Part shown: in pieces, positions 28,691-38,345 of the stretch | Numbering within the stretch: the stretch's first letter is position 1 | How the letters are laid out: every line of letters starts with the position of its first letter | Origin: a virus | Taxonomy: Duplodnaviria; Caudoviricetes | Virus record (IMG/VR): IMGVR_UViG_2902759955_000002 | Coordinates: 32,001 to 96,000 of that record | Direction: 5' to 3' (one strand) | DNA length: 64,000 nucleotides | Notes under the pieces: generated by a model | What the model saw: only the letters and a program-made list of their open reading frames with translations | The model's database searches: none | Told to the model about the DNA's origin: nothing | Made by a program: the position numbers and the translations under genes

Positions 28691-28924
28691 TCAGCGTCCC
28701 CAGCCGTCGTGCGTTGTCCAGCACCACAGTCGGTACAGCCAGCAGCAGAAGTAAGTTACCGGCCAGATCAACACGAGGAAGAAGACGATCAGGCTGGCTC
28801 CTTCGTCAGCCAACAGTTCGGCGCTAAACCCGCGGTGTGTACGCAGGACGAGCGGACCCAGGAATAAATAGATCCCAAAAAGAACCAGACCGATGATGGC
28901 CAAGAACCACTCGGGTGGACCCAT
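28691..28924 (-). CDS. Small two-TM membrane protein
   Basis: TGATG overlap with the upstream stop; two hydrophobic segments. Confidence 0.6.
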   Translation of the reverse strand: MGPPEWFLAIIGLVLFGIYLFLGPLVLRTHRGFSAELLADEGASLIVFFLVLIWPVTYFCCWLYRLWCWTTHDGWGR

Positions 28925-29448
28925 CACATCCCGTCCTGGTTCAGGCTTGCCCACGGTTGCGGCAAGGTCACGACATTGGGTTCGCTACGCACGGGCAGCA
29001 CATTGCCGTCCTTAAACAGGCACATGATCCAGGTGCCGTTGGCTGACGGCGACGAGTAGAGGCCATTCGGATCGGCTTGCGGGAGGTTGTCAACACCTAC
29101 CTGCGTACTGGCGTAAGCGATGTATTCCGGGTTCGTGTATTGCTCCGACTCGGGAATGCCGTAGCCCACTGAGCGACAGAGCGGTGTGTGCTCGTTGTGC
29201 ATGCCGACGAAGTAGGTGTAGGTCGTAAAGTTCGGCGTATCACGCTTCTCCAAAATTTCCTTGAAGATGCGTTTTTCGGTGAAGTTCAAGATAGCTGGAA
29301 AACCTACTGCCTGGTTTGACGCGGCACTGGCCTGCGCCTGTTGTTGCTGTTGCTGCTTGTCGGAGTCCGACTGATCGTTTTGACAGCTTTCTGCCGTCAG
29401 CACGAAGAAGGCGAGTAGGGCGATGCCGATGAGTCGGAAAAGTTTCAT
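28924..29448 (-). CDS. Putative lipoprotein
   Basis: Signal peptide MKLFRLIGIALLAFFVLTAESC ending in Cys; Gln-rich linker. Confidence 0.7.
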   Translation of the reverse strand: MKLFRLIGIALLAFFVLTAESCQNDQSDSDKQQQQQQAQASAASNQAVGFPAILNFTEKRIFKEILEKRDTPNFTTYTYFVGMHNEHTPLCRSVGYGIPESEQYTNPEYIAYASTQVGVDNLPQADPNGLYSSPSANGTWIMCLFKDGNVLPVRSEPNVVTLPQPWASLNQDGM

Positions 29449-29777
29449 TGGTTGGTCTCGAGAACGTTCTTGAATTGTTGGAGGTCAGGCGGCAGCTGGT
29501 TCGGATAGCCGTCGACGTTGTGAAGGAAGGTGTCACGCAGGACTGCCTTACTGGACGGGTCCGTTGTGCTTAGATACTGACGACGCATCTCGTAGAGCTG
29601 GCGCAGCATCCCTTCGTTGTATTCCTGGGACTGGGTGAACGTGTTGCGGCGCACCTGTTCGTACTTCGGTGCGAAGTGGGCGTATCCGAGATAGCCCAGC
29701 TCCGTGATTCCGATCACGACGAGGATGGCGATCAGCACGGAAACCAGCAGACCCATGCCTTCTTTTACGGTACTCAT
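29445..29777 (-). CDS. Single-pass membrane protein with helical C-terminal domain
   Basis: N-terminal TM; YEQVRRNTFTQSQEYNEG; GGAG SD. Confidence 0.7.
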   Translation of the reverse strand: MSTVKEGMGLLVSVLIAILVVIGITELGYLGYAHFAPKYEQVRRNTFTQSQEYNEGMLRQLYEMRRQYLSTTDPSSKAVLRDTFLHNVDGYPNQLPPDLQQFKNVLETNQ

Positions 29778-29831
29778 GTACAGTACTCCTTAGTAGTAGG
29801 CCGCAATTGCGGCCCGTCATACCATCGCGAC

Positions 29832-31127
29832 TTACGCCTCTTTCTTCTCCTTCTTCTCCAGCCACTTGTTGGAGATGATCTTGAAGCTCTTGCCCGTGAC
29901 GTTGTTCTTCATCACCAGGCCTTCACGGAGCCGCGTCTGATCGAAGTGCCCCGGACCATCTGCCAGCGCCATCACTTCCTTGATCGTCGGGGGCAGGGCG
30001 AAGTTGGCGTCCATCACCGGGATGTATTTCACACCCAGTGCGTCAGCCACCTGACGCGCCTGCTCCGGCAGCAGCCGCATGTTGCCGTTCACGAACGTGC
30101 GGTACATGTAGAAGCAGTTCGTCTTGGCGCCGTCGGCATTGCGGTTGAAATCGGGCCCAACCATCTCGCCCTGAATCGCCAGCTTCTTACCCTTCGCGAA
30201 GGGCAGGTCGTTGGTGTCGTTGAACAGCGCGATCTTGTACGCCAGATTCTCGCGGGTGAAGTACGCCACGAGCGGGACCGACTGAGCGAGGAAGCCTTTC
30301 TTCCAGCGGGGCGTGTCGCAATCAGCACCGCTGCGACGGCGTGCGATGCAACGCACCCAATCAGCGAGGTACACGCGCAGCGACTGCCAGCGGGTGTAGA
30401 GCACATCATCGGTACGCAGCGAGTAGTTTCGCTGGGCGACCCCGATCTTCGCGGAGTCGAGCTCCGTATAGAAGGTGGAGGACTCGCCGTCGAGCTTGAT
30501 CGAGAGTTCGGCCGTTTCGCCTGCCTTGGCCATCGCCGTGTACTCTTCGAACTGGTTCTGCACGCGCTCTTCTTCCGACTTCACGTGACCGTGAGGGAAG
30601 GGCTGCAGACCATCCGAGACAATCCCGTTGACGAGCCAGGCACGCAGACGCCACACCAGCTTCTTGCTCTGCTTGTCGTCGAGCTGCAGGGAGGTGTTCG
30701 TGTAGAGCCGTGCTTCTTCGGGCGAGACATACTTGAGCACGTCCAGCGCATTCGTCACATTGGTACCGACCGAGTTGCCAGCCGCTCCCGTTCCAGCGTA
30801 GGTCGCGCGCGAGATCAGCAGCCCTTGCGAGAGCGCGCCGCGCAGACGGATTGTCTTGATAACGGCGTATTCCTTAGCGTTACCTTCATCCTTTTTCACG
30901 CGCAGGTACTGCTTGTCGAAATCAGCGAAGATTGGACTGTCGAGCGGAATCGCTGCATCGATCTCGAAGTAGAGCGCTTCGTCACCGATCTGATAGGTGC
31001 CTTTTTGCACCACGCATTCCCAACCTTGCACGACCGCGATTTCGAGCCGGTCCGCTTTCGGAATGGGGAGGAGGTTGTCGATCTTGACGATCCGTGCGAG
31101 TTGGCGTGTGTCTTCTTTTACGAACAT
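29832..31127 (-). CDS. RNA ligase, DRB0094-type
   Basis: IPKADRLE/WECVV N-terminal domain, motif I KLDGES, QGEMVGP, REGLV, FKIIS. Confidence 0.88.
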   Translation of the reverse strand: MFVKEDTRQLARIVKIDNLLPIPKADRLEIAVVQGWECVVQKGTYQIGDEALYFEIDAAIPLDSPIFADFDKQYLRVKKDEGNAKEYAVIKTIRLRGALSQGLLISRATYAGTGAAGNSVGTNVTNALDVLKYVSPEEARLYTNTSLQLDDKQSKKLVWRLRAWLVNGIVSDGLQPFPHGHVKSEEERVQNQFEEYTAMAKAGETAELSIKLDGESSTFYTELDSAKIGVAQRNYSLRTDDVLYTRWQSLRVYLADWVRCIARRRSGADCDTPRWKKGFLAQSVPLVAYFTRENLAYKIALFNDTNDLPFAKGKKLAIQGEMVGPDFNRNADGAKTNCFYMYRTFVNGNMRLLPEQARQVADALGVKYIPVMDANFALPPTIKEVMALADGPGHFDQTRLREGLVMKNNVTGKSFKIISNKWLEKKEKKEA

Positions 31128-31357
31128 GATGGTTTTAGTTTTACTTGGTGGAAAAGCTCGTCGCTGAGGTCCAGGGGCTTCAGCGCATGTTGGGTGATGA
31201 TCAGGTTGACCTGCATGGTGCAAACGATCTCGTCGGCGAGGTCGTGCCAGGCCTCGTAATACCAACCCATGTCACTGGTGCGTTGTTGCAGGGGATCAAT
31301 CCCGCGCATGGCGCACAGTGCGTGGGCGGCATCTTTGAGCTTCTGGCTATAGGGCAC
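31118..31357 (-). CDS. Hypothetical protein
   Basis: GTG start with GGAGG SD; overlaps neighbours. Confidence 0.55.
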   Translation of the reverse strand: MPYSQKLKDAAHALCAMRGIDPLQQRTSDMGWYYEAWHDLADEIVCTMQVNLIITQHALKPLDLSDELFHQVKLKPSCS

Positions 31358-31580
31358 GACGCCTCCTTATGCGAAGGAAGAAGCGACACACTCGGAACGC
31401 ATCAATGAACACCCAGAAGAACATCAGGATGTTCATCGTGAAGAGCTTCGAACTGAATGTCCCTTCGATCTTGCTGAGGAACTCCCAGAGGCCGGCATTG
31501 CGGTCAATCCAGGCGAGGCCCAGCATGTAGTTGATAAGAAGAGCTGCACCAATCCAGCTCAGGAGATGAGTCGAAATCAC
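31347..31580 (-). CDS. Small membrane protein
   Basis: GTGA overlap start with GGAG SD; two hydrophobic segments. Confidence 0.55.
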   Translation of the reverse strand: MISTHLLSWIGAALLINYMLGLAWIDRNAGLWEFLSKIEGTFSSKLFTMNILMFFWVFIDAFRVCRFFLRIRRRRAL

Positions 31581-31990
31581 GATCGGCGCTCCGTGTTCGG
31601 TAGGGCGGGTTTGGACTTCGGAGTCAGCATGGCAACGACTCGGCTTACGATCGAGAGGGCTTCGTGGTCGCCTTGATAGGTCTTCAGGTGGCCGCCGGCA
31701 CGTCCCTGACCCTTGACGATGTAGGCGTAGTGAAAACTGCCGTCTGAGACGGCCGTCATCTGCAACTGAACATCCATCGTTTCGTCCTGACGCTTCCACT
31801 GCATGACGATGGAGCCGTCTTTCAGCAGACCAACGTCGCCTTCGTGCATGACTGCAGGGAGCAACTTCAAGATCCCTTCGGCGCGCTGGATGGCGTATCG
31901 GGCAGGCGCGATCGCCCCACTACTCTCGATCTTGGCGAGGAGGGCCAGCTGTCCCGGCAGGGGTGGTGCTGCGGGTATCAGTTGGGTCAT
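31577..31990 (-). CDS. Hypothetical protein
   Basis: 137-aa ORF with GGAG SD. Confidence 0.6.
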   Translation of the reverse strand: MTQLIPAAPPLPGQLALLAKIESSGAIAPARYAIQRAEGILKLLPAVMHEGDVGLLKDGSIVMQWKRQDETMDVQLQMTAVSDGSFHYAYIVKGQGRAGGHLKTYQGDHEALSIVSRVVAMLTPKSKPALPNTERRS

Positions 31991-32411
31991 CGGGTGGCGT
32001 CTCCGTTTGTGGGGGAATGAGGCTTGTGATCTCGTACATCAGCTTCACATCGATGCCTGCGTCTTTCAGGTAGTCCGCTGCGATCCCAACGAAGAGATGT
32101 CGATGGCAGAACACGCCCGCTTTGCAGTAGCAGGCGACAGCGATGGGAAGATGAATCGCTTTGAGCTTTTCCCATTCCTGCGGGAAGCGCTTCTTCGATA
32201 TGGACATGCGCTGCAGATAGCGACGCGTGTACTCCTCTTCGGATAACTCACCGCGCTTGTACGCCATGACATCGTCAAAGCGTGGAGCGAAAGCGGGATT
32301 GCCAGACTTCGCGGTTACATCAAGCAGATGAATGCCCAGGTCCCGGACCAGACGCCAGCGTGACAGCTGCACTTTGAAGAGCTTCACGACGGGTCTGATC
32401 GCTGGTTGCAT
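31920..32411 (-). CDS. DUF488-like protein
   Basis: DVTAKSG, FAP, W/E.EY.RRY, ACYC....FCHR motifs. Confidence 0.65.
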   Translation of the reverse strand: MQPAIRPVVKLFKVQLSRWRLVRDLGIHLLDVTAKSGNPAFAPRFDDVMAYKRGELSEEEYTRRYLQRMSISKKRFPQEWEKLKAIHLPIAVACYCKAGVFCHRHLFVGIAADYLKDAGIDVKLMYEITSLIPPQTETPPDDPTDTRSTTPAGTAGPPRQDRE

Positions 32412-32593
32412 TTCGCATCCGGGTACTTGCTGGTACGAGTGGGGTGCGGACCATAACGACAGTCATCACAAATCACGCGACTGTCATAGGCACAATCGAA
32501 GTCACTGCCGTTCGAGGTATTGGTCCACTCACCCAGACACTTCGGATGGCGGGTGGGTTGACTTCCGGGTGTCGTGATACGGATGACGTCCAT
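32384..32593 (-). CDS. Small Cys-rich protein (possible metal binder)
   Basis: C..C..CDDC..C pattern in 69 aa. Confidence 0.4.
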   Translation of the reverse strand: MDVIRITTPGSQPTRHPKCLGEWTNTSNGSDFDCAYDSRVICDDCRYGPHPTRTSKYPDAKCNQRSDPS

Positions 32594-32671
32594 GGCGGGC
32601 ACGAAAAAAGAAGAGGCAAAGAAAAAGCCCCGCACTTGGCGGGGCTTCTTGGGTACAGCAGGTCGGATGGC

Positions 32672-33193
32672 TTAGCTGCTGAAGACGCTCGCAGCGCTTT
32701 CCTTCAACAGGGTCTTGACCTTGGCCAGTTCGCCGCGGTTCTTCGTACCGTAGGTCCGGTAGCCGACGGACAGCGCGCCGTGGGTGATCTTCGTGCCGCC
32801 ATCAGCGGTCGGGTCGGTCACTTTCTTCGTGCGGTCATACACGAAGTCGAAGCCATCCTTGCCGGTCGTCGGCAGATCCAGCGTCGTGCGCTCCAGTTCC
32901 TTGTGCTTCTTCATCACGTGTTCGGATTCTTCACCGAACGCGAGGCCGACGGCCGCTGCCAGCACCGTGTTGTGATCCTGCAGGCCTTCGATGATCGGCA
33001 CCATGTCGTTTTCGATGCCCGGGTACTTGGTCTTGATCGCTTCCGGCACGGCCAGGCCGAGATTTTCGACGTACCAGTTTTCCTTGATCGTACCCACGCC
33101 GGTCTTCGCGTCGATCTTGATGTCCTTGCGAACGGTAGCGGCGAGCTCGGACGTGGTCGGCTTCACTTTGACGATGGTCTTGGTATCGGACAT
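32672..33193 (-). CDS. Hypothetical, probably abundant protein
   Basis: AAGGAAG SD, biased codon use, own terminator at 32625-32647. Confidence 0.7.
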   Translation of the reverse strand: MSDTKTIVKVKPTTSELAATVRKDIKIDAKTGVGTIKENWYVENLGLAVPEAIKTKYPGIENDMVPIIEGLQDHNTVLAAAVGLAFGEESEHVMKKHKELERTTLDLPTTGKDGFDFVYDRTKKVTDPTADGGTKITHGALSVGYRTYGTKNRGELAKVKTLLKESAASVFSS

Positions 33194-33314
33194 GTTCTGC
33201 TTCCTTGATTGAGATTTGTAAAGGATGTGTAAGGGCTTGGAGGAACTACGCAAAGCAATCCGTCACGACTACACGAGTCCCTCCGTGTGGCGGTGCTGAA
33301 ACAGGGGGTGGGAA

Positions 33315-33776
33315 TTAGCGCCGGTACGCAGCGCGAGAATCGCTGCGGTACGGGTTTTCCCGAGGCCGAGATTGTGCCGGATAACGGCGTTCCGTTTCGT
33401 TACTGGCCGTAATAATCGGCCGGTCATCAACGCGGATTTTCTTCAACGCAGGCGTCGAGATCAGACGACCGCGAAGCATGAGAAGGCCTTCGGATTGGGC
33501 ATCCAAAGCTTTCTGCCGACCGAGCAGTACCGTGAACTTGCCTTCTTGTTTGAAGAAGGCGATGTCGCCATATTGCAACGCACGGTGTTCATCGGAGTCG
33601 CAGTTCTCCAACTCCACGCAGAAGTCCTTGTAGAGAATCGGATCCGCTACGTTGATGTCGTCGCGCGGGACATCGATGAGTGGCGCCTGGGCCATGAGAC
33701 CCAGGAGCTTACCCACCGGGTACTTCTCGCCTTTGAACAGCAGCTGTCGATTATCGCCACGGATATCGGTAATCAT
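33315..33776 (-). CDS. Hypothetical protein
   Basis: AAGGA SD; downstream of a promoter motif. Confidence 0.65.
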   Translation of the reverse strand: MITDIRGDNRQLLFKGEKYPVGKLLGLMAQAPLIDVPRDDINVADPILYKDFCVELENCDSDEHRALQYGDIAFFKQEGKFTVLLGRQKALDAQSEGLLMLRGRLISTPALKKIRVDDRPIITASNETERRYPAQSRPRENPYRSDSRAAYRR

Positions 33777-33876
33777 CGGTCCTTTCTCTCTGTGGGTTCA
33801 GGATGAGCATAGGAAGGCCCTATGTCAGTAAGAAATGCCCAGGCGAACGTGCAATTCGTTGTACGGGCTCAAGTTG

Positions 33877-33885
33877 GTGATATGT
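33877..33885 (-). promoter_or_regulatory. Putative early promoter motif ACATATCAC
   Basis: Exact motif just past a terminator, heading the accessory block 28691-33776. Confidence 0.55.
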
Positions 33886-33962
33886 GTCCGAACCTGATTT
33901 GAATCCCGACAAGACGGCATAAAGGCCAGCAGGTCGCCCTGCTGGCCCATGGGGTAGGTGCA

Positions 33963-34718
33963 CTACCAGTCGAGATAGGCGGGCTGCTTGGAGGGGTTGG
34001 TCCACCCGAGCGTCTGGAAGAGCTCGGCGGTACTGAGACGTACGGACTCCAGTGCCACGCTTCCGGTGGCGGGTGCCAGCACGGCGCGCTCGAGCTGACG
34101 CCGCGAGAACATCGTGTCCGCCATTTCTTCCAGCGCCGGCACGCTCCACTTGTTCGCTACGGCGAGACCCGGTTCATTGACCGCATCCCATGTGACAATG
34201 TTTTTCAGGATGCGGTTGGTCGTGCGACCGACCTGCGTGTCCTGCGTGAACGCACGGATGGAGAAGCAGACGTTCTCGTGCTTGTTCTCGAACGACGCCT
34301 GCAGCTGCTCACCCTTCGGCCCACATGGCTTGACCTTGCCCATGATCGCGATGACCTTGCGGCCCTGCTGATCCTTCACCCGGTCGAAGTCGAGCGTGAC
34401 TTCACGGATGTGGTGCGAGATCTCGCTCTCGTAGATGGACAGGATCCGCTGGGCGTAGGACTCGTAGCTTTGCGTGGGGGAGAGCTTCGGGTGACCGAAC
34501 TCGCCGCGCAGGGAGCCGGCGCCGACCCGCCGCATGAGCTGGCTCGATCCCGTGAAGAGATCCTTGGCCGGTTCATACGGGTAGAACTGGTCTACCGAGT
34601 TGTAGATGTTCAGGCCCCCGAGGACGACCTCGTAATAGCCATCATCGTCCGGTCGGAGCGTCCCGGCCTTATTGGTGCCATTCAAGGCGGTGAAACCAAA
34701 GCGAATGTATTCACTCAT
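33963..34718 (-). CDS. Prohead maturation protease (phiKZ gp175-like)
   Basis: LRGEFGHP (His), FSIR (Ser), TWDAVNEPG (Asp); C-terminal ALEE/ALES self-cleavage motifs. Confidence 0.88.
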   Translation of the reverse strand: MSEYIRFGFTALNGTNKAGTLRPDDDGYYEVVLGGLNIYNSVDQFYPYEPAKDLFTGSSQLMRRVGAGSLRGEFGHPKLSPTQSYESYAQRILSIYESEISHHIREVTLDFDRVKDQQGRKVIAIMGKVKPCGPKGEQLQASFENKHENVCFSIRAFTQDTQVGRTTNRILKNIVTWDAVNEPGLAVANKWSVPALEEMADTMFSRRQLERAVLAPATGSVALESVRLSTAELFQTLGWTNPSKQPAYLDW

Positions 34719-34747
34719 GGCGATGTACTCTTCTTATCGGATGTGGC

Positions 34748-35476
34748 CTAGCCGTTGATGAGGAGGCTGTCGATGCGTTCCTGACGCTCGGACGGGGAGT
34801 TGAGCGCGCTGACCACCCCGCGGCTGAAGTACGAGCCCGCGAGCTTGGTGAAGGTGTTGTCGGCGGCGTATTCCACCGAGCGCAAGGGAATGAAGGCAGG
34901 CGGGTGCTTGACCAGCTCGTCCAGACTCTTGATAACCGCCCGGTAGTGCTGGTGGCGGTTCTCGGGGTTACGTGCCACCATCGAGATGAGCAGCTCGGTC
35001 ACCTCGTGGTTCTGCCCCACGTTGGCGCCAGCGTGATAGCGCGCGGTATCCAGAATGCGCGCGGCTTCTGAATAACCGATGTACCAGGGCCAGTGGCCAC
35101 CGGCGATGATCTCGTTGAACACGCGATAGACGAGCGTGTCCGCTTTCACGAGCATCGTGGTCGGGGTAATCGTCGCGCCCTTCTCGAAGAAGAACTCGTA
35201 GTACTCGTCGCCGTCGATGACGATATTCATCATCGAGGTCGGTTCGATGCGGATCATCGCGTTCACGAGCGACACCGCGAAGAAGCTGTCTTCCAGCACC
35301 ATCGCGTAGATGCCGTAGACGTAGGTCTCGATACCGATCGAGGCGAGACCACGCTCAGCAAACCGCGCCGGCACGTAGAGCTTTAACGGCTGCTGTGCAA
35401 TCAGCTTCCCATCTGCTGTCTCCAGGATGGCGCCCTTGACCCGCTCAGGGTCTCGAATGAGTTTTGATGGATCCAT
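34748..35476 (-). CDS. Conserved phiKZ-like protein (gp176-like)
   Basis: Synteny between protease and RNAP; PWYIGY, KLAGSYF. Confidence 0.65.
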   Translation of the reverse strand: MDPSKLIRDPERVKGAILETADGKLIAQQPLKLYVPARFAERGLASIGIETYVYGIYAMVLEDSFFAVSLVNAMIRIEPTSMMNIVIDGDEYYEFFFEKGATITPTTMLVKADTLVYRVFNEIIAGGHWPWYIGYSEAARILDTARYHAGANVGQNHEVTELLISMVARNPENRHQHYRAVIKSLDELVKHPPAFIPLRSVEYAADNTFTKLAGSYFSRGVVSALNSPSERQERIDSLLING

Positions 35477-35510
35477 AGCGGTGTCCTAGAGAAGCAGGGG
35501 AGGGTGAGGC

Positions 35511-36938
35511 TCAGTAGTGCTGGATGCGGAGCATCGACGCCACCCAGAAGGCGATGTAATCGACAATGCTCACCGTCGCGGCTTCGCGTACCGACAGAGT
35601 CGGATTCTCACGCTTGGCGCGATCGATCCCGCCGAGAATGCGTTCGGCATCGGTCTGGAAGTAGCGCGAGCGGCACACGAGCTTCAGGCAGAGGTTGTAG
35701 AGATCGTCCAGATCACCGAGCGTCACCAGCGCAAGCTGCTCATTGAAGAGTTTCACGATGAGGTCGCGGTTATGGTCGAACCCATCCGCGCCGTCGATGT
35801 GGTCGCTCAACTGCGCACGGAAGTGGTGGTTGAGCAGCTCCTTCGCCTTGTTGAAACGCTTGTTGGCTTCGGCCGTCTTGGTGATGCCCGTGTGGGTGTT
35901 CCAGCGCGTGGCCAACTGATCCTTCTTCGCCAGGATGGCGTCGAGGGACGTGGCGAGCGGCATCGTGAGCGCATTCGCGAAGAGCATCTCGTTCGTGCCG
36001 CCGGCTTCCAGGAACTGGCGATACACCGGTTCATAGACGACCGTCTTCGCCCCGACGATGTCGCGCACCAGGATGCCCGAACGCACCGAGCGCTCCACCT
36101 TATCCAGCGCCCGGCAGAGCGTGGCGCCCGCCTGATCCCGGAATTCAGCGAGCACGCCGCGGTAATTCGCGAGCGACATGTTCGTGCCTTCCATCGGCTT
36201 GCCTTCAAAGAGCTTGCGCGTGAAGAGGAACACGGCCAGCGCCACGTCCACCCCTTCCACCCGGTCACCGACCCATTCTGCAAAGTTACGGAATTTCGCG
36301 TCCGAGCCTTGCTGGAACATGCCCTTCCAGACACGGGAGAGGAAGCCATCGCCTTTGGCCGCGAGCCATTCCGCCACATCGCCATCGAGCGAACCGCTTC
36401 CCGAGCCGGCCAATTCAGCCAGCTCGCTCACCGTCATATCCGGCAACGCCAGCGACAACGAGGGGCTATCGAACGAGACACGCTCAAACTTGCGAATGGC
36501 GGCCTGCAGCGCGCCATTGTTCAGTGGCTTGGGTTCGCCCTGCACTTCGACTTCCATCCCGAGCAACGAGGACCGGGTCAGTTCACCCAGTGAGTCCGAC
36601 ACACGCGAGTACAGGTCTTTCACAACCGGTGCGACCACGCCACGGGCTACCGCGATGTGATTCTTGACGGCATCGCACGCGGTGGCGACGATGTCATCGA
36701 GCACGACGTCGTGTTCTGCGCAGCCGAGGAACGGCTGCTGCTTGTTGGCCATGACGCCGATATTCACGACGAGCTGACCCACATTGCCTTGGGCCATGTC
36801 ATAGAGACCGGAGTCCGAGCGGCTGGCGGCAACCAAGGCTTCGAGCGGGGTGCCCCCAACCGGATGCAGGGCGTAACCCGCAGCGTCCAGACGTTCGGTC
36901 AAGGGGAGCGAGCTCATCAGCTCTTTTTCATTCAACAT
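35511..36938 (-). CDS. Conserved phiKZ-like virion protein (gp177-like)
   Basis: 475-aa ORF; synteny. Confidence 0.65.
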   Translation of the reverse strand: MLNEKELMSSLPLTERLDAAGYALHPVGGTPLEALVAASRSDSGLYDMAQGNVGQLVVNIGVMANKQQPFLGCAEHDVVLDDIVATACDAVKNHIAVARGVVAPVVKDLYSRVSDSLGELTRSSLLGMEVEVQGEPKPLNNGALQAAIRKFERVSFDSPSLSLALPDMTVSELAELAGSGSGSLDGDVAEWLAAKGDGFLSRVWKGMFQQGSDAKFRNFAEWVGDRVEGVDVALAVFLFTRKLFEGKPMEGTNMSLANYRGVLAEFRDQAGATLCRALDKVERSVRSGILVRDIVGAKTVVYEPVYRQFLEAGGTNEMLFANALTMPLATSLDAILAKKDQLATRWNTHTGITKTAEANKRFNKAKELLNHHFRAQLSDHIDGADGFDHNRDLIVKLFNEQLALVTLGDLDDLYNLCLKLVCRSRYFQTDAERILGGIDRAKRENPTLSVREAATVSIVDYIAFWVASMLRIQHY

Positions 36939-36953
36939 GGTGGATCGCTCCGG

Positions 36954-37142
36954 TTACAGGTAGGGTTGCACGGCGGCCTGAAAATTGGCCTGTGCGAGCT
37001 GGTCAATCACGTCGCTCGTCAGCGCAGCGCCCGCAATCGAATCAGCGACGTCATTGCCGATGACGCCCTGAACGACTGTGCGCACGAGTTTCGTGGCATT
37101 CGCGAGCGTCACGAGCGTCTTTTCAGATTCTCTGTTTTTCAT
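36954..37142 (-). CDS. Small hypothetical protein
   Basis: AGGA SD before ATG 37142. Confidence 0.5.
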   Translation of the reverse strand: MKNRESEKTLVTLANATKLVRTVVQGVIGNDVADSIAGAALTSDVIDQLAQANFQAAVQPYL

Positions 37143-37226
37143 GAGGATTCCTATCAGCAAAGCACGGAAGAGATAAACAAAACAGCAACAGATAGCGCAC
37201 CCGAAAGGCACGCTATCTGTCAGAGG

Positions 37227-38345
37227 TCACGAGTTGTACAGAGCGACGGCCTTGGCAGCGATGACATCGAGCAAGGTGTTGGTCGTCGCGATGACTTCGG
37301 GAGAGGACACAATCCGGTCAGCCACGGACTTGGCACCAAAGACAGCATCAACCTTCAAACCGGATTCAGTCCGAAGGTCGCGTTCCATCACGGCACCGAA
37401 CACCGTTTTCAGCTGATTACCGAAGACGCCTTTGTCGCCGACACCCGCAGCCACATCCGTCGTCACGTAGAACTGGATGGCGGCGGTATCCGGTTGGAGC
37501 GGGTTACCCTCGACACGGAAGGCTTCATCCACGCTGCCGTTGTAGCCCCGTTTGCCCGCAGCTCGAGAGCGGCGGATCATGGCGACATCGGAGGCGGCAG
37601 CGAGTTTGCGCAGGGAATCGGACATGTCCTCCAGATCCCCGTGATAGAACACATCGATGCGTTCGATCTGCCCCTTGGTTTTGGCCTGGGGCGTTTGCGC
37701 ACTGAGCACCCGCAGTGTGTCGAGCGACTCCTCATCAAAGAGGCGATTGCCCGCGGTCACGGCGTCTTCGATGACGCATAAAATATCTTCCGCCCCCACG
37801 CGTTCGCCTGTTTTGCGCACCTTGTGGATTTCCTGATCGAAGTTCACGACGATGGTTCGCATCTTCGTGGTCTTCGTCGAGAGCAACTCGGCCACCTCTT
37901 TCGAGATGGCGGAAGAGTCTTCCAGCGTCACCGTTGCTTCCATGAACACCGTCTTCACGGTGATCCCAGCCTTCCACACCACACCACGGGGATTGAGCAC
38001 ATCGCGCTCGAAGAACCCTTCGTTGTAGCAAAGGAGTTCACCCGGCCTGAAGACCTGTCCGACCCGTACTGCCGGGTTGACCTGGTGCGGCACAATCAGA
38101 CCGGCCGCGTTCCCGTAGCGTCGACCCAGTTCGATACCCTGGATCTGACCATCGTCGTACTGCACCTGCATGCCTTCTGGCGTCACCGAAATCACCTTCC
38201 CAGGCTTCTTCGCGGTGAGGGCAAATAGATCACTCGTGCGATGCGCAATGACCTGCTCGTAACCGGTACGCAGCGACGCCTGGCGATAGCCCTTGCAGGC
38301 GATGCCGTGCGACTGCTGGATCCCGATAAAGTTGACCCGTTTTGG
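37227..38345 (-). CDS. Virion RNA polymerase beta subunit (gp178-like), exon 2
   Basis: Resumes at PKRVNFIGIQ; contains RTGYE, EDS, GDK....NQLK beta motifs. Confidence 0.9.
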   Translation of the reverse strand, partial: PKRVNFIGIQQSHGIACKGYRQASLRTGYEQVIAHRTSDLFALTAKKPGKVISVTPEGMQVQYDDGQIQGIELGRRYGNAAGLIVPHQVNPAVRVGQVFRPGELLCYNEGFFERDVLNPRGVVWKAGITVKTVFMEATVTLEDSSAISKEVAELLSTKTTKMRTIVVNFDQEIHKVRKTGERVGAEDILCVIEDAVTAGNRLFDEESLDTLRVLSAQTPQAKTKGQIERIDVFYHGDLEDMSDSLRKLAAASDVAMIRRSRAAGKRGYNGSVDEAFRVEGNPLQPDTAAIQFYVTTDVAAGVGDKGVFGNQLKTVFGAVMERDLRTESGLKVDAVFGAKSVADRIVSSPEVIATTNTLLDVIAAKAVALYNS

